Source: Phyllosticta citribraziliensis
Lineage: Eukaryota
DNA length: 64,000 bases
Reading direction: 5' to 3'
Assembly (NCBI RefSeq): GCF_038025025.1
Contig: NW_027117344.1
Span: 1,798,001 to 1,862,000 of the forward strand
The position numbers and the translations under genes are program-made. A model generated the notes under the pieces. The model was not told where the DNA came from and searched no databases. It saw only the letters and a program-made list of their open reading frames with translations. Shown in pieces: positions 26,232 to 37,969 of this stretch (positions within the stretch are counted from its first letter, which is position 1; every line of letters begins with the position of its first letter).

Positions 26232-27860
26232 TCAGTTGTCGGATTCCTGCTCGTCGAGAGAATCGTGGTGCTCGCTGGCGGATTCGTCGCTTCCCAGGTC
26301 ACTCAGCTCGCTTGCGCTCTCCTCTTCGTCGTCGAGATCGACCTTCTTCTTTCTTGCCGCGCGAGCCTTGCCTTTTCCCTTCTCGACAGGCGTTCCCTCA
26401 TCCGAGCCAGCTTCGCCAGATTTCTTTGCTCCGTGCCTCTTGACCAGATGCTCAATCACACAGCCTTTCTCCCAGTCTTTGCTTCCGACCCCGGTAGCAG
26501 CCCTGCACCGCGGGCACGTCTTGCCGTGAGCAATCAAGAGCTGATGCAGTGGGTACTTGAGCTCGTCCGGGACGCGGACTTCGCAGTGACTGTAGGTTGT
26601 GTCTCTGGTGGCATTCTCGGGGACCCAGTTGAGATAGCGACAGAGTCGATAGACGTGGGTGTCGACGGCGAAGCGCGGCACTTGGAGACAGAACAGCATT
26701 ACACAAGCGGCAGTCTTGACGCCAATGCCCGGGTATTTGGTCAACTCCGACATGATGGTGTTGGGGTCATGCTTCATGGAATGCAAGTGATCCAATGACA
26801 GGACGCCGCTGTCTGCCTTTTCAATCTCGGCTTGCTTCTCAGGCGTGGTTTCGCGTGCAACACCGATGATGGGTGGTACGTCGGCATCAGTCGAAGTGAG
26901 TGCATCGCGCCGCGCCTGGCCTTCCTCATACACCATTTGCAGGATCTTCTTGATGTCCTTGCTCTTGACGTCGGCAAGACCACCGGCCTTGATGGCCTCG
27001 AAGACTTCTTTCAAATCGGCCCTGCGAACGGCATCCCAGTCAACGCTGCCTTTTCCGATGCCTTCTTTGATGACGCCGAATCTCTTGACGAGACCTTGGA
27101 ATGCACGCGAAGAATTGGTGCCAGTAGTCGCAGCACTCAGCCGGGTGCGGATGAGAGCGTCAAGGACGGAAGGAACTTCACCACAGCCAGACCTTGTGAG
27201 CGAGGGTGCAGGGATACTGGGTGGTGGTCTAGTCTTCCCATGCTTCTTTTCGAGCAGACGAGTCACCTCATGGCACTCTTCTGGCGTAGGGTGTGGCCAG
27301 TCAGGGTATGGGGAGACTCCGGGTGTCAGGCCGTAGTTGTTTTGCTTCTTGGATTTGGACTTGGACTTTTTCGGGGTGGCAGCTGAATGGTCCTCCAACG
27401 GTTGCGAGGGACCGGCTGGATGCTCCTCCACGGACGGCACGACAGCGGCGGGATCCTTGATGGTAGGTTTCGCGGAAGCGGCGGATTGCATCTTAGATGT
27501 TTTGCGCTTCTTCACGACGAGTTTCTCATCTTCTTCGATAGAGTCAGGTGTTGGAATGCTCCCAAGGTTATGAGGCAGCTCATTGACATCATATTCGACT
27601 TTCGCGACCGTAGTGGAATTTATCCTAGTTCGCTTGCGGCTAACCTTGGGGGTGATTGGCTTGGAATCTTTGTCATTGACGGACTTCTTGGTAGGTGACT
27701 TCTGCGCTTTGGTGGTCTTCGGCTTTTGAGCGCGCGGTTTCTTAGAGGCAGCGGGGGTAACAGGGGGGGTGAACAGCTGTGCCGGCTGGTCCAGTGGGTT
27801 GAGTGGGTTGAGCACTTCTGCGAGTGCGCGCGTCGTTGCCCTTGTAACACGGATGGCCAT
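26232..27860 (-). CDS. HhH-GPD base-excision DNA glycosylase with long basic N-terminus
   Basis: VLDALIRTRLSAAT, HhH ELTKYPGIGVKTAACV and catalytic FAVDTHVYR. Likely ATG at 27860 (MAIRVTR). Intronless. Confidence 0.92.
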   Translation of the reverse strand: MAIRVTRATTRALAEVLNPLNPLDQPAQLFTPPVTPAASKKPRAQKPKTTKAQKSPTKKSVNDKDSKPITPKVSRKRTRINSTTVAKVEYDVNELPHNLGSIPTPDSIEEDEKLVVKKRKTSKMQSAASAKPTIKDPAAVVPSVEEHPAGPSQPLEDHSAATPKKSKSKSKKQNNYGLTPGVSPYPDWPHPTPEECHEVTRLLEKKHGKTRPPPSIPAPSLTRSGCGEVPSVLDALIRTRLSAATTGTNSSRAFQGLVKRFGVIKEGIGKGSVDWDAVRRADLKEVFEAIKAGGLADVKSKDIKKILQMVYEEGQARRDALTSTDADVPPIIGVARETTPEKQAEIEKADSGVLSLDHLHSMKHDPNTIMSELTKYPGIGVKTAACVMLFCLQVPRFAVDTHVYRLCRYLNWVPENATRDTTYSHCEVRVPDELKYPLHQLLIAHGKTCPRCRAATGVGSKDWEKGCVIEHLVKRHGAKKSGEAGSDEGTPVEKGKGKARAARKKKVDLDDEEESASELSDLGSDESASEHHDSLDEQESDN

Positions 27861-28335
27861 GGTCGGCTTTGTTGCGACAGGTAGCGTACAATTGAACAAG
27901 AGGCCTGATCTTTGAGCGATCGATTGGTGTCGCGCAACAGCGTCGATGAGCAGCCTGCGCCGGAGAAGCGCCGGCACGTAATTGGAAAGGACAAAGATGG
28001 TGTTGAGTGACAGGGGGACGTTTAAACAAGTGCAAGTTGGACAGAGAGGTTTGCGAACTTCGAAGGCGAAGCGAACGAACTTCGAAGGCACAGGAAAAGA
28101 GGACGAACAGGTGGGAAATACCCAGCCCGGGTGGTCGAAGCGAGCGTGATAGATGACGTCTTCAGCCTGGCCAATGATCGACGGCCATCAGATGCAGGGA
28201 CCACCCACACCACCGCCACCGCCGCATGTGCGCAGGCCGCAGCCACAGTGTGCCTCCGCCGTCAACAACACCACGGGCCTCGTCGTCGCCATCTCCAGAC
28301 CTCCACTTTGCCCACTACTCACTCCCAGACACACC

Positions 28336-29206
28336 ATGTCGGCCCCTGCCCTCGTTGTGCCTGCACTGAAGCGGCATACCGCCACCGTCATCGTTGCCCA
28401 CGGCTTGGGTGACAGGTAAGCAGCCTTGCGCCCCTCCGTCATTCTGCGGATCCAGGCTAATACAGCTGCTCGACAGCGGCGCGGGATGGATGTTCCTGGC
28501 AGAAAATTGGCGACGCCGCGGCAAGTTTGAAGAAGTATCCTTCGTCTTTCCCAACGCGCCCAGCATCCCAATCACCATCAACATGGGCATGCGCATGCCC
28601 GGCTGGTACGACCTGGCCTCGCTGTCCGACATCAACCAGCGCAGCGAAGACGAGACCGGCATCAAGCGCAGCCAAGAATACTTTCACAACCTGATTCTCG
28701 AAGAGATAAACAAGGGCATTCCAAGCAACCGCATCGTTATTGGCGGCTTCTCCCAGGGAGGCGCCATTGGACTGCTGTCTGGTTTGACCTTTCCGCAGAA
28801 GCTGGGTGGAATATTTGGTATGAGCTCGCCCCCACAATCAGACATGTGTGTGGTCGCTGATGGTTACAGGCCTGAGCAGCTACTTGCTCCTGCGGAACAA
28901 AATCAGGGACATGGTCCCCGCGGACAACCCGAACAAGGAGACCCCCATCTTCATGGGCCACGGCGATATCGACCCAGTCGTCCGTCATGAGTGGGGTCAG
29001 AGGACCGCCGACACTTTGAAGGAATGGGGCTGGAATGTGGACTTCCGTACATACGAGTAAGTTACCAGCTTGCAACGAGCGTCTTGAGAAGGAAAGGCTG
29101 ACCATCATTAAGGGGGCTGCCTCATTCTGCTGACCCAGAGGAAATCGACGACCTCGAGAACTACCTCAACCAGCGACTCCCTCAGGTTAGCGACAAGGAC
29201 GAGTGA
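28336..29206 (+). CDS. Acyl-protein thioesterase 1 / lysophospholipase-like alpha/beta hydrolase
   Basis: AHGLGD, FPNAP..PITIN.GMRMPGWYD, nucleophile GGFSQGG, GHGDIDPVV and LPHS. Three introns. Ends ...SDKDE TGA. Confidence 0.94.
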
Positions 29207-29552
29207 CTTTCTACGACTTCTACTTCGCCATCATCAGGGAGCGTCGCGACCGCTGGTGTGCTCCTGGCAACACTAATCCTGAGCATTGTCGCATATCGGA
29301 AGGGAAGCTTGCGACTATTCACACTAGTATACGCCATGCTCCTACTATGTTGATAGCCAGCTGTGATCATCGGATCTTTGCATCAGCATTTGGGGAGGGT
29401 TGATAGAGGCTCATTGGAGGATCACTTGCACATATTCCGACAGCTCGACACTATACCCAATCAAAGTTGAGTTGGCATACACAGCCATAGGCTTACACAA
29501 ATGACGGAGACACACATTCGCTTGTAATGCACCAGCTGTATTTCCGATTCCC

Positions 29553-30488
29553 CTAGGGCGGCACTTCATCCCCCTTCCAATCCCAGCATTTTCCCCTCAG
29601 TTTCTCACTCTTTCCATCCTTCAACACGCCCACCAGACGCTCCGCGACCCAATCCGCCTCGAACAGCTTCTCTTTAGCAACGCTGTCCCAAAAATCGCGG
29701 CTTAGCCCCGTCCGCACCGTCCCCGGGTGCATCGCCACCGCAACCGCCTTGTCGCCCGCCTGCGTCCGCAAGTGGTTGTCAAACGTCTTGGTGATTTGAT
29801 TGACGGCGGCCTTGGACGCGCGGTAGCTATACCACCCACCGAGCCTGTTATCGCTGATTGAGCCGACGCGCGCCGACATGGTCGCCCAGGTTGCGGGACG
29901 CGGCAGGTTGGCGTAGGCATCGGCAGGATCGCTGCCGCTACCATCGTCAGAAGTCGGCATCGACGTGCTCTTGCGGGGCAGGTGGCGCGCAAAATGCTTG
30001 ACGGCGAGCAGCGGCCCGAGCGTGTTCGTCTGCAGCGTGAGCAGAGCGTTGTCCGCGTCGATTTGCGCGGGCGCCTTTTCAGGGAATAGCAGGCCGGGCA
30101 CAACGAGCGCGAGGTGCAGGTGGTGGGAGCGTTGGGGGAAACGTTCGGCGCAGCTTTTGGAGGCGGCTTCGATCGTTTTCTCATCTAGACGATACCGACA
30201 CCATAAGCCTCAAAAACGCATGTGAACAGAAATAGATGGATGGCCTGTGAGAGTCGTGGATGCAGAGACGGCAAACATACCTAGGTAGTTTAGCTCCACC
30301 ATGCTCAGCCGCTCCCGCGCCTCGCTTTCCAGCCCTTCTAGTATCTCATCTTGTGCTGTCTCTAAATCGCCCCGCGCGGTCGCGACGACGGGTGCTTTCG
30401 TCGTGCGCAGCACGTGTCTGGCCAGCGCGCGCCCAATGCCGCGCGATGCCGGCGACACCAGCGCCCAGGGTTGCGAGAGAGGCGGCAT
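29553..30488 (-). CDS. Short-chain dehydrogenase/reductase (CsgA/C-factor-like)
   Basis: PASRGIG cofactor loop, SARVGSISDNRLGGWYSYRASKAA (YxxxK) and HPGTVRT. Intron 30185-30280. Confidence 0.92.
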
Positions 30489-31258
30489 GGAAGGCAGACT
30501 CGCGTGCTACGATTCCAGATGGGGAGGGAAAGGCTTGTCTGATCGTGTGGATGTCGTGGACGACGGAAAGAGAGGAAGGTCGTGCAATTGGGGAGTTCAG
30601 AGAGGGCGGCGGGAGGATGTAGGTACACTACGCGTGCATGCATGCACGTCTCAAGGCAGGGTCCAGGCGGCAGAGAGCCGCAGTGCAACAGAAATCCGAT
30701 GTGGCCAGAAGAGGAATGGATGAAGGAGAGAAGTAATCATGGCGAGGTGTGGATTGGGCGGGTTGCAGCTAGGAGTAGTGGAGCAGGGTCCCCCGCGGTT
30801 CCTTTCGAAGGTGGTGATGATGTCAGAGATGCTAGACGCGAAGGGAATTGAAGCGGATTGCCTGACCCGAGAGATCGGGTCGGGTCGTCCGTCGATCTGG
30901 GAAAATGCCAGCGCCTCGGTTTCTTTGGACTTTCTGGATTTCTTTCCCTGAAATTCGGAACAGCTTGTTCTCCCAGAGTTCGCTCTTAAAGTTGTGGACG
31001 AGCGCAGCGTATTTTCAGTGGCTTCGATTATTTGAATTCACTAACACGAGGAAATCGTCCGTGCCGATAACGTGAAATCCAAATATCTGCTGCATCTGTT
31101 TTTGACCTTTTCAAATTTGTCCGTTCGACCACTCGAGCATCCAAATTGCTCCACTTCCTATTTCTGGGTATACAAAAAGATCAATATCCAGCCCCAAACG
31201 CCTGCTGCCTAGCCGGTGTCGAACAACCACAAAACAACTTTTCTCGAATTCCTCTTCA

Positions 31259-32826
31259 TCAGAAGAACTTGCCCTTCGGCACAGCGAGGAAGACAGCTTC
31301 AAAGAGACAGGTTATGACGAAAGCGCCCAACAAGCTCTGCAAGAAGATAGTGTCCTGAATTTGGCGCATGGCCGGCTCCTCAATCCAAACTTCACGGTCA
31401 AACACCTTGCGGACGACGTTGCGTTTGTCGTACTTGGCAACCCAAGGCTCATCCTCAAAGCTGTTGCCCTGCAGAGACTCGGGCGACTCTTTGAAGATTT
31501 CTTGCAGCTGCGGCTCATCGTCAGAAGCGAAGAGCTCCCAGGGGCGCAAGTGGCGATGGTGCATGCCGTGAAGGACCTTGAAGTTGCATTAGCCATTGGA
31601 CTTGGACAGTGAATACGATCGGCGACTTACAACACACATGCCCTTGTAGGCTGCTATCATGGTTGAGATGCCGATCAAGAAGGCAAGAGCCGAGAAAACT
31701 CGCCAGCCACGGCCAACAGAGCTCAGGTCGAGGAGGATGCCGATGACAATGCCGGCGACGATGAGGAAGATTCCAAGGCCACGCGCAAAAATGACGCGAG
31801 GCCTGTTACCATTGCAAATTGTCCAGCGAATGAAATTGGGGTGAGCTTGGCGACGGAGCGACCATTCAATAGTCGTAATGACATCGCGAAAGGCAGATGG
31901 GTGGGTTGTGTAGGCCAAGGCACGCAGCAAGACATTCCTCTCACGACTGGACAGGTTAAGCTGGCGTGGACCATTTTCAGCAATGTAGATGGCGATGATC
32001 CTGGTGATTTCCTCGCGATATGGCTGAACAGCAAATGGCTGCACCTTCTCGCCCGCAGACTCAAAGGCTGCTTCTGCTGCCCTGGCGGGATCAATTGTCG
32101 TCGCGGTTGTCGTGGACCTCTGCCAATCGGAGAGGGTTGCTTCCGACGAGTTGTCTACATTCTCAAACTTGCTGTGCACCGATGGCGTCTGTGGGTTCGG
32201 GGTGGAGTCCCCTCCGTAAGGGGTCAAATCACCATCTGGAGCCCTTCTTCCGTCGGCGAAGTCAGTCCCCTTGAAGATGACGGCAGCCTCAGGAGCAGGC
32301 TTTGCCTTGCGGGCTTGGGCGTGAGATTCAGCCTCAGCCTGCTCTAGGGTCCAAGCGGGGGCAAGTGCTTTTTCTCTGTCGGGAAGCGCGTCGAAGCGCT
32401 TGCAATAGTCGCGGAACCAGAGGTAAAACTGAAGATTCTCGGCTGCGAGCTCAATGTACTTGAGGTAGTTCAAAAACTCGCGAACAGTGCACGGCTGATC
32501 ATCATGGAATTAGAAATTGTCTTGGAGAAATTCGGACGATATCTTGGTGAATGCCTCAGGTGACGGTGAACCAAGGTTGTGCGACTGAATGTGACAGACC
32601 GCCATATGCAAGGGGACTCGGCAGGCAACGTCGCACTTACCGGACAGGTGCCGCCAGATATGATTCGCTCAAAAGACAAGGCATCCGGGATGCCGTGTGA
32701 CATTTGAGAACCTCCTGACGTAGATTCGGCATCGTAAGATTTCTTCCCATCACTGTCGCCACTGCCGACTGAAAGGGTGGAAGCTTTGGAAGACGCCGGG
32801 CGTCTGTATGTAAGAGAGTAGACCAT
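31259..32826 (-). CDS. RGS-domain protein with C-terminal transmembrane helices
   Basis: FLNYLKYIELAAENLQFYLW, YIAENGPRQLNLS and HPNFIRW, followed by three hydrophobic helices. ATG at 32826. Introns near 32495-32640 and 31574-31630. Confidence 0.88.
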
Positions 32827-34596
32827 GGTAGGCGACAAAAGGCTTGACACGAGGCCTGAGGCGAGAAGGGTATGTGGGCGACTGGCTGGGGAGGGGAGGA
32901 GTCGTGCTCGTTCTCCGACAAGTGAAGGCAAGGAACGTTCTCAAGAAAAAGAGCGAAGACTATCTTGATGATCAGCCATTGTGCAAGAAGAGGGTTCTGA
33001 TCTTAATATGGATCCTCCACAAGCCAAGGATGGCGGCGGGATATAGACCTGAGGCTTGCTTCTTTCGGCTAGGGTTGTGAGTCTTCAAGTGCGAACGCCG
33101 TGGGCAACCAGACCGATTTGGCTCGATAGGAAATGATCATCAGCGCTGGTAGGGTCCAGGACGATTAGAGCGTACAGCCAACACGACGTTGCAGCCATAG
33201 CCGATTAGTCGATTCTCCTAGAAGAGAATAGGTCCCAAGCTGCACTGGTGCACGGAGCCCAGAGGAACCCGGCCACGCTCCAGGCGTTCGACTACTGGCA
33301 TTGAATCCCCCTCCGTATCTACCGCGTGGGCGGAGTCAACGGGCTGTCTTGGAAGAGTCCTGGTGGAGATGGCACACGGATGGCCCTGTCGACGGACGAT
33401 GTGCCTGCAAGAGCAAGCCCCTTGGCTCGTCGTGTCTCAGAGAATCGTCAGGTGGCTTGAGGTTGTAAGGTAACTGCAGGCGCGAGGAGTCGAGAAACGG
33501 GACATGCAGCAACCCAATGGCCAGACGGGGAACCAAAAAGCCAGCCCTGGAGTGGCTTCAGCTGAAGAGCGGTTCCGCCGCCGTGGTTGGTGAGAACAAG
33601 GCCTTGAAAAGCGGGCCGACCAATTTAGAAGAGACCGACTTGGGCTGAGGCTTGAGATGAGGGTGCGGCAGGTGAGTTCAAGGTTCGTTTGAGTCAGGAC
33701 GCGATGATGACCAGAGGTTGGTGGTTGACGAAGGCGAAGTGGATTGCAGCTGAGGGACGTGACGGGTAACGACGACCCTTGTCCGCTGCGAAGACCCTGT
33801 CGCCTGCCCTGGAGTTGACTCAGCACTCCAGGTACGCTAGGCAATTTGACATGCCCAGAACAACAGTAGCGTGCTGCGCACGACTATCGGACCATCGAGC
33901 CAGACAAAGGTTTTGGACAGGTGACAATTGTCGTCCTGGCCCGTTTTCTGCACAATGCCATCCGCCGTCCGCTTACAGCTGAGGCCGCGGCCAGAGCTGA
34001 ACGATGCACTCACCATTCCAGCTCCTATTCCTCGGCCACCGGTGCCGCCATGGCCGTCCCTTGCATCAACTGCGGCTGTAGCGGGTCGTCTCGGCTATTG
34101 AAAGCTTGATGGGACAGCTGACGGTCGAGTGTTCCAGCTTACCCCACAAACCGTCTTCAACACCATGCCGACATCTTGAAGACGTGTTGCACGCGCAAAC
34201 AGTTGCGATGCAATCCTTGTCTACAGCAAGAGAACGGCTTCAATCGTGCGTGTGGCCACGCGAGCAACCAACCGGAACCTCAGGCCAGTTCTCTCTGCAA
34301 AGTCTATTGTATGTCTAAAAAAAGGTCGTAAGCTTTGATGACGCTGCAAGAAAGTCTGTATAACAGAATGTTCTCTTTCACCGTAGATTTGGCCGCAGCG
34401 CTCGATCTATGACCCCACTGTTTTGTAAACCTTCGACCAAGTAGGTCGCCCGAAGTCGGTCCCCATCCAAACTAAGACATGCACATTTTACTCTTCGTTG
34501 GCTTTCGTCAACGGTCGACTTGTTGCTCCAAATCAATGGAACTTTCCAGATTACGCTTCAGCCTTATACAGGCCTTCCTTTGCAATCGCCGCAACC

Positions 34597-36008
34597 TCAC
34601 TCATCCGCTAGGTTTGCCGCTACTTCGATGCCTCCCGTGACTGGCTTGAACCGGGTTTCGTTCTCTGCCCCCTGTTTGCCCAAGAGTGGCTCTTCTTCAT
34701 CGCTTTGCTTTCTTTTCGACGGTGTTTCTGATGATCCCTGGAAGGCCACGTAAATCGTGCTGGCGAGCACCAAGGCACCACCGCACAAACTGGCAGTGCC
34801 AGGAACATTGCCCCATATGGTCTTGTCCAGCACCAGCGCAAAGAGCACCTGGCTGTACATCATGCTTGTCGCGACCGCGCTCTTGTCATGCTGCAGACCA
34901 GCGGTCAGAAGAAATTGGAGCAAGAACCCCGACAGGCCCAAGATGGACAAAAATGCCCATTGCCGACCGTCCGCTGGAAGTCGGAAACCGACTCCAGGAG
35001 CAAACAGCAAAAAGAGGCCGGACCCAAGAGTTGACGTCAGAGAGTAGTAGTTGACGGAAATCAACGCGTGAGCTCGGTAGCCAATTCCGCGGATGATCGT
35101 GTATGAAGCAGTGGCAGTCACCGCCCCAATGAGCAATCCAGTCACCGCTATTGTGCGCATTGCCGCCGAAGCATCCGGGACTTCTTCATGGTTGTTTGGG
35201 AAGAGCCAGGGTGGCTGCGCAATGATTATGACGCCGGCGAAGGAGAATAACCCAGCAAAGATGACTTTTTTGGACAATGGTTGACCGAAAAATAGTGCAC
35301 ACGCCCATGGCACCAGCATTGGAGTCAAGAAGGTTATTACCGTCGTTTCAGCGAGTGGAAGGTATTGCAAACCCCCTGTACGGCATACATCAGTCTTGAG
35401 AGATCGTTGTCGAAGCAGCCGGACTTACAGTAAAACACGGACAACCCGAAGAACCCAGTAAACCCACGAAGAGTCAAGAGGAGGCGGAGGCCTTTTGCTC
35501 CCCATGGGAAATGCGGAACTTTTGTTGCCCACATGTAAATTGTGCTGAGCACGGCGGTCAAGCCCATGCGCACAAAGATAATCTGTTCGACAAGGTCAGC
35601 AAAAGAAGTCGATGGTTTCCTTCACTCAAGTCAATCCGCTCATGACTGCTCCCAGCCTGTACGACATTCTGAACAACGCCAATGGCGACCTACCTGCATT
35701 GGATGCATCCTCCGACTCTCGTCTTCTTCATTCTCCAACAATCGTGCCATGGCTGCCATGCATGCGCCGAAGCTTTCGGACACCAGGACCAACACCCAAC
35801 CTCGATTTCGTAGCCACCAGCGCCTGCGTGCTGTAGGCTCGTCCTCCTCTTTTGCGTTTTGGGAGGGTTCTTCTCTTGCTTCACCATTGGTGTTCTCGCT
35901 CTGGAAAGCTCCTGCTGCAGCCTCGCCGTCTGCACTGTATTTACGCCCATTCTCGTCCTGAACATCGGACTGAAACTCCGTAGACAGCGGAGGTACAGCT
36001 GGCGTCAT
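34597..36008 (-). CDS. EamA/DMT family transporter
   Basis: MHPMQ|IIFVRM, LRGFTGFFG, QYLPLAETTVITFLTP and TAGLQ..K..A..M.Y.Q, with about 10 hydrophobic segments. Two introns. ATG at 36008. Confidence 0.9.
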
Positions 36009-36942
36009 GACGGGCGAACGAAACAAGGAAACCAAACGATTGGGGGCCGTTCCACGTACAGCAGGCAACCTGATAAGAATACACCAAGAGAGACTGGCGA
36101 AATGAGGAAAAGAGAGCAGGATACTCGGCGGCGAAACTCCCGTGCTATAAGTAAGCACACCACCAGACCACGAAGTGATGTGCGTCTTTTCTGTTCGCGC
36201 CGCACCCACCACGACCGATTATCCAGTCATTCATCCGCCTGCCCACCGACCCACACTCCGCACCAGTCATCGCTTCGGCAGATCCTTGCGCGCGGGCGCC
36301 TCGCATGCAGTTCGCATCACGCACATGTCAAAATACATGTGTATGCAGCTTCTCGCCGGCACCTCATTTTGTCTCGCAGCGGGAGCAGTCTTGAGAAAAG
36401 ATGGAGGGAAATGCGGAGGTGGTCTTTCCAATTACCGGCCGTCTCACAGCCAGCTTGCATCCCTCCCCCTCGCAATAATAGCTCGCAGTCTCCATTGACT
36501 CGACTCGTCGGTCTCTGTCTTTGGCCAGCCGGCCTATCTTCCGTACCAAAACGGACATGGTTCGCTAGTCTCCGACATCGGCCCTGTTGTGGCTTGCTTT
36601 CTTACCACCACCGCCCACCATGGTAACTGCAGTGGCACTTGCGGCGCTCTGTAGGGCGCGCTTGTACACACGCCCGCACGACGAGGCCGATGATTGGCGC
36701 TCAACAGAGTGCCATTGAATAGTGCAGGACACGGCAGTCTGTTTGCGAAAGTCTTGATTTGAGAAATGACGGCGAGTTGGTAAGACCAGCCGAGGATCAA
36801 GCAACTCCAGTGCTGCAGAGACAAGGTGGCGATGTTTTGAACGAGGTATGAGGTGTAGAAATATGTTGGGGAGCCTCTTGAAAGCATATGATAGCCCCTC
36901 CATGCAATGCAGTGGATATGCCAGCCGATTGAAGCACGGCAT

Positions 36943-37969
36943 TCAATCCGTTTTTTCTTTCCTCGCCTTCAAACCCCTCACCAGTCCATCCACCACCTCC
37001 TGGACCTCCATCTTGCCCTCTCGACTGCCCAACTCCGTATCATCGGCCACGACGCGATACACGCCAGCGACCTGCTTGTATACACTCTCCCCGCCCCACC
37101 CTCCGTCCTCGTCAAACGTTTTTCCGATCTCGTCCATCTCGGCGACCCAGCGGTACGCCTTGTTTGGCATGCCCACCAAGCCCCTCTCCGCCCTTTGGCG
37201 GCCGAGCGGGTTGGCGGCGTCCATTTCGCGCAGCAGGTCGTCGAGGACGCCGAGCTGGGAGGCCGTTGAAAAGGACTGGATAGCGAGCGCCGTGTATCCC
37301 TTTGTGAGCGACGCGAAGCACGCCTTGAGGCCGCTGGCCGTGCCGACGTCGGGCGACAGGTGCTTGGTTCGCAGTGTCGCAGCGAGATGGGCGCCAGAGT
37401 TTGGGGCGGAGGCGAGCTCGTGCGGGCCGGAGAGCGGGATCGAGGGCCGCTTCCAGGTGACGGGGGCGGTGGGAGAAGTCGAGGGGGCCAGCGATGGCGG
37501 GCCTCCTATGATGCCGCCATCTATGAAGCGAATGGTTGGGGCTTTGGTCGCGAAGACGGCGGAGATGGCGCGCGCGGTCGAGGGTGCAATGGCATTGAGG
37601 TCGAGGTAGTAGAGTTGATTCGAGCTTGCGGGACGCGTGTGCTGTTGGTAGGCAGCAATGATGGCTTCGGCGGTTGCCGCGGCATCGCGGGGAGGCACTA
37701 TAGCGAGGAGATAGTCGGATCGATTGACGAGCTGGACGTGGTCGGGCAGAAGCTCAATCGACGCAGACTCGACACGCCTTTGGGTTGCTTCGCTGCTCTG
37801 GAGTCAGTCAAAACTGACCAGGAACGATGGAACTTGTGAGAAGAGAGGCTAGCCTTCTTCCGGCGCAGGTGGTGAGGATGTGATAGTTGTGGGCCTGAAG
37901 CAGCTTCGCTATGCCCAGACCCATGTCCCCGATGGAGATGATGCCGACAGAAGCCCTGGACCCAGCCAT
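36943..37969 (-). CDS. 6-phosphogluconate/hydroxyacid dehydrogenase-like NAD(P)-binding protein (DUF1932-type)
   Basis: Exon 1 is MAGSRASVGIISIGDMGLGIA (Rossmann). Exon 2 has DLNAIAP, DGGIIGGPP, ASGLKACFASLTKG and KAYRWVAEMDEI. The join needs a GC-AG intron at 37793-37853. Confidence 0.88.

Noticed and set aside
36565..36942. 125-aa ORF starting immediately in frame after the dehydrogenase stop
   Set aside because: The TGA-ATG context is not a known readthrough signal, and the peptide has no codon bias or recognisable features.
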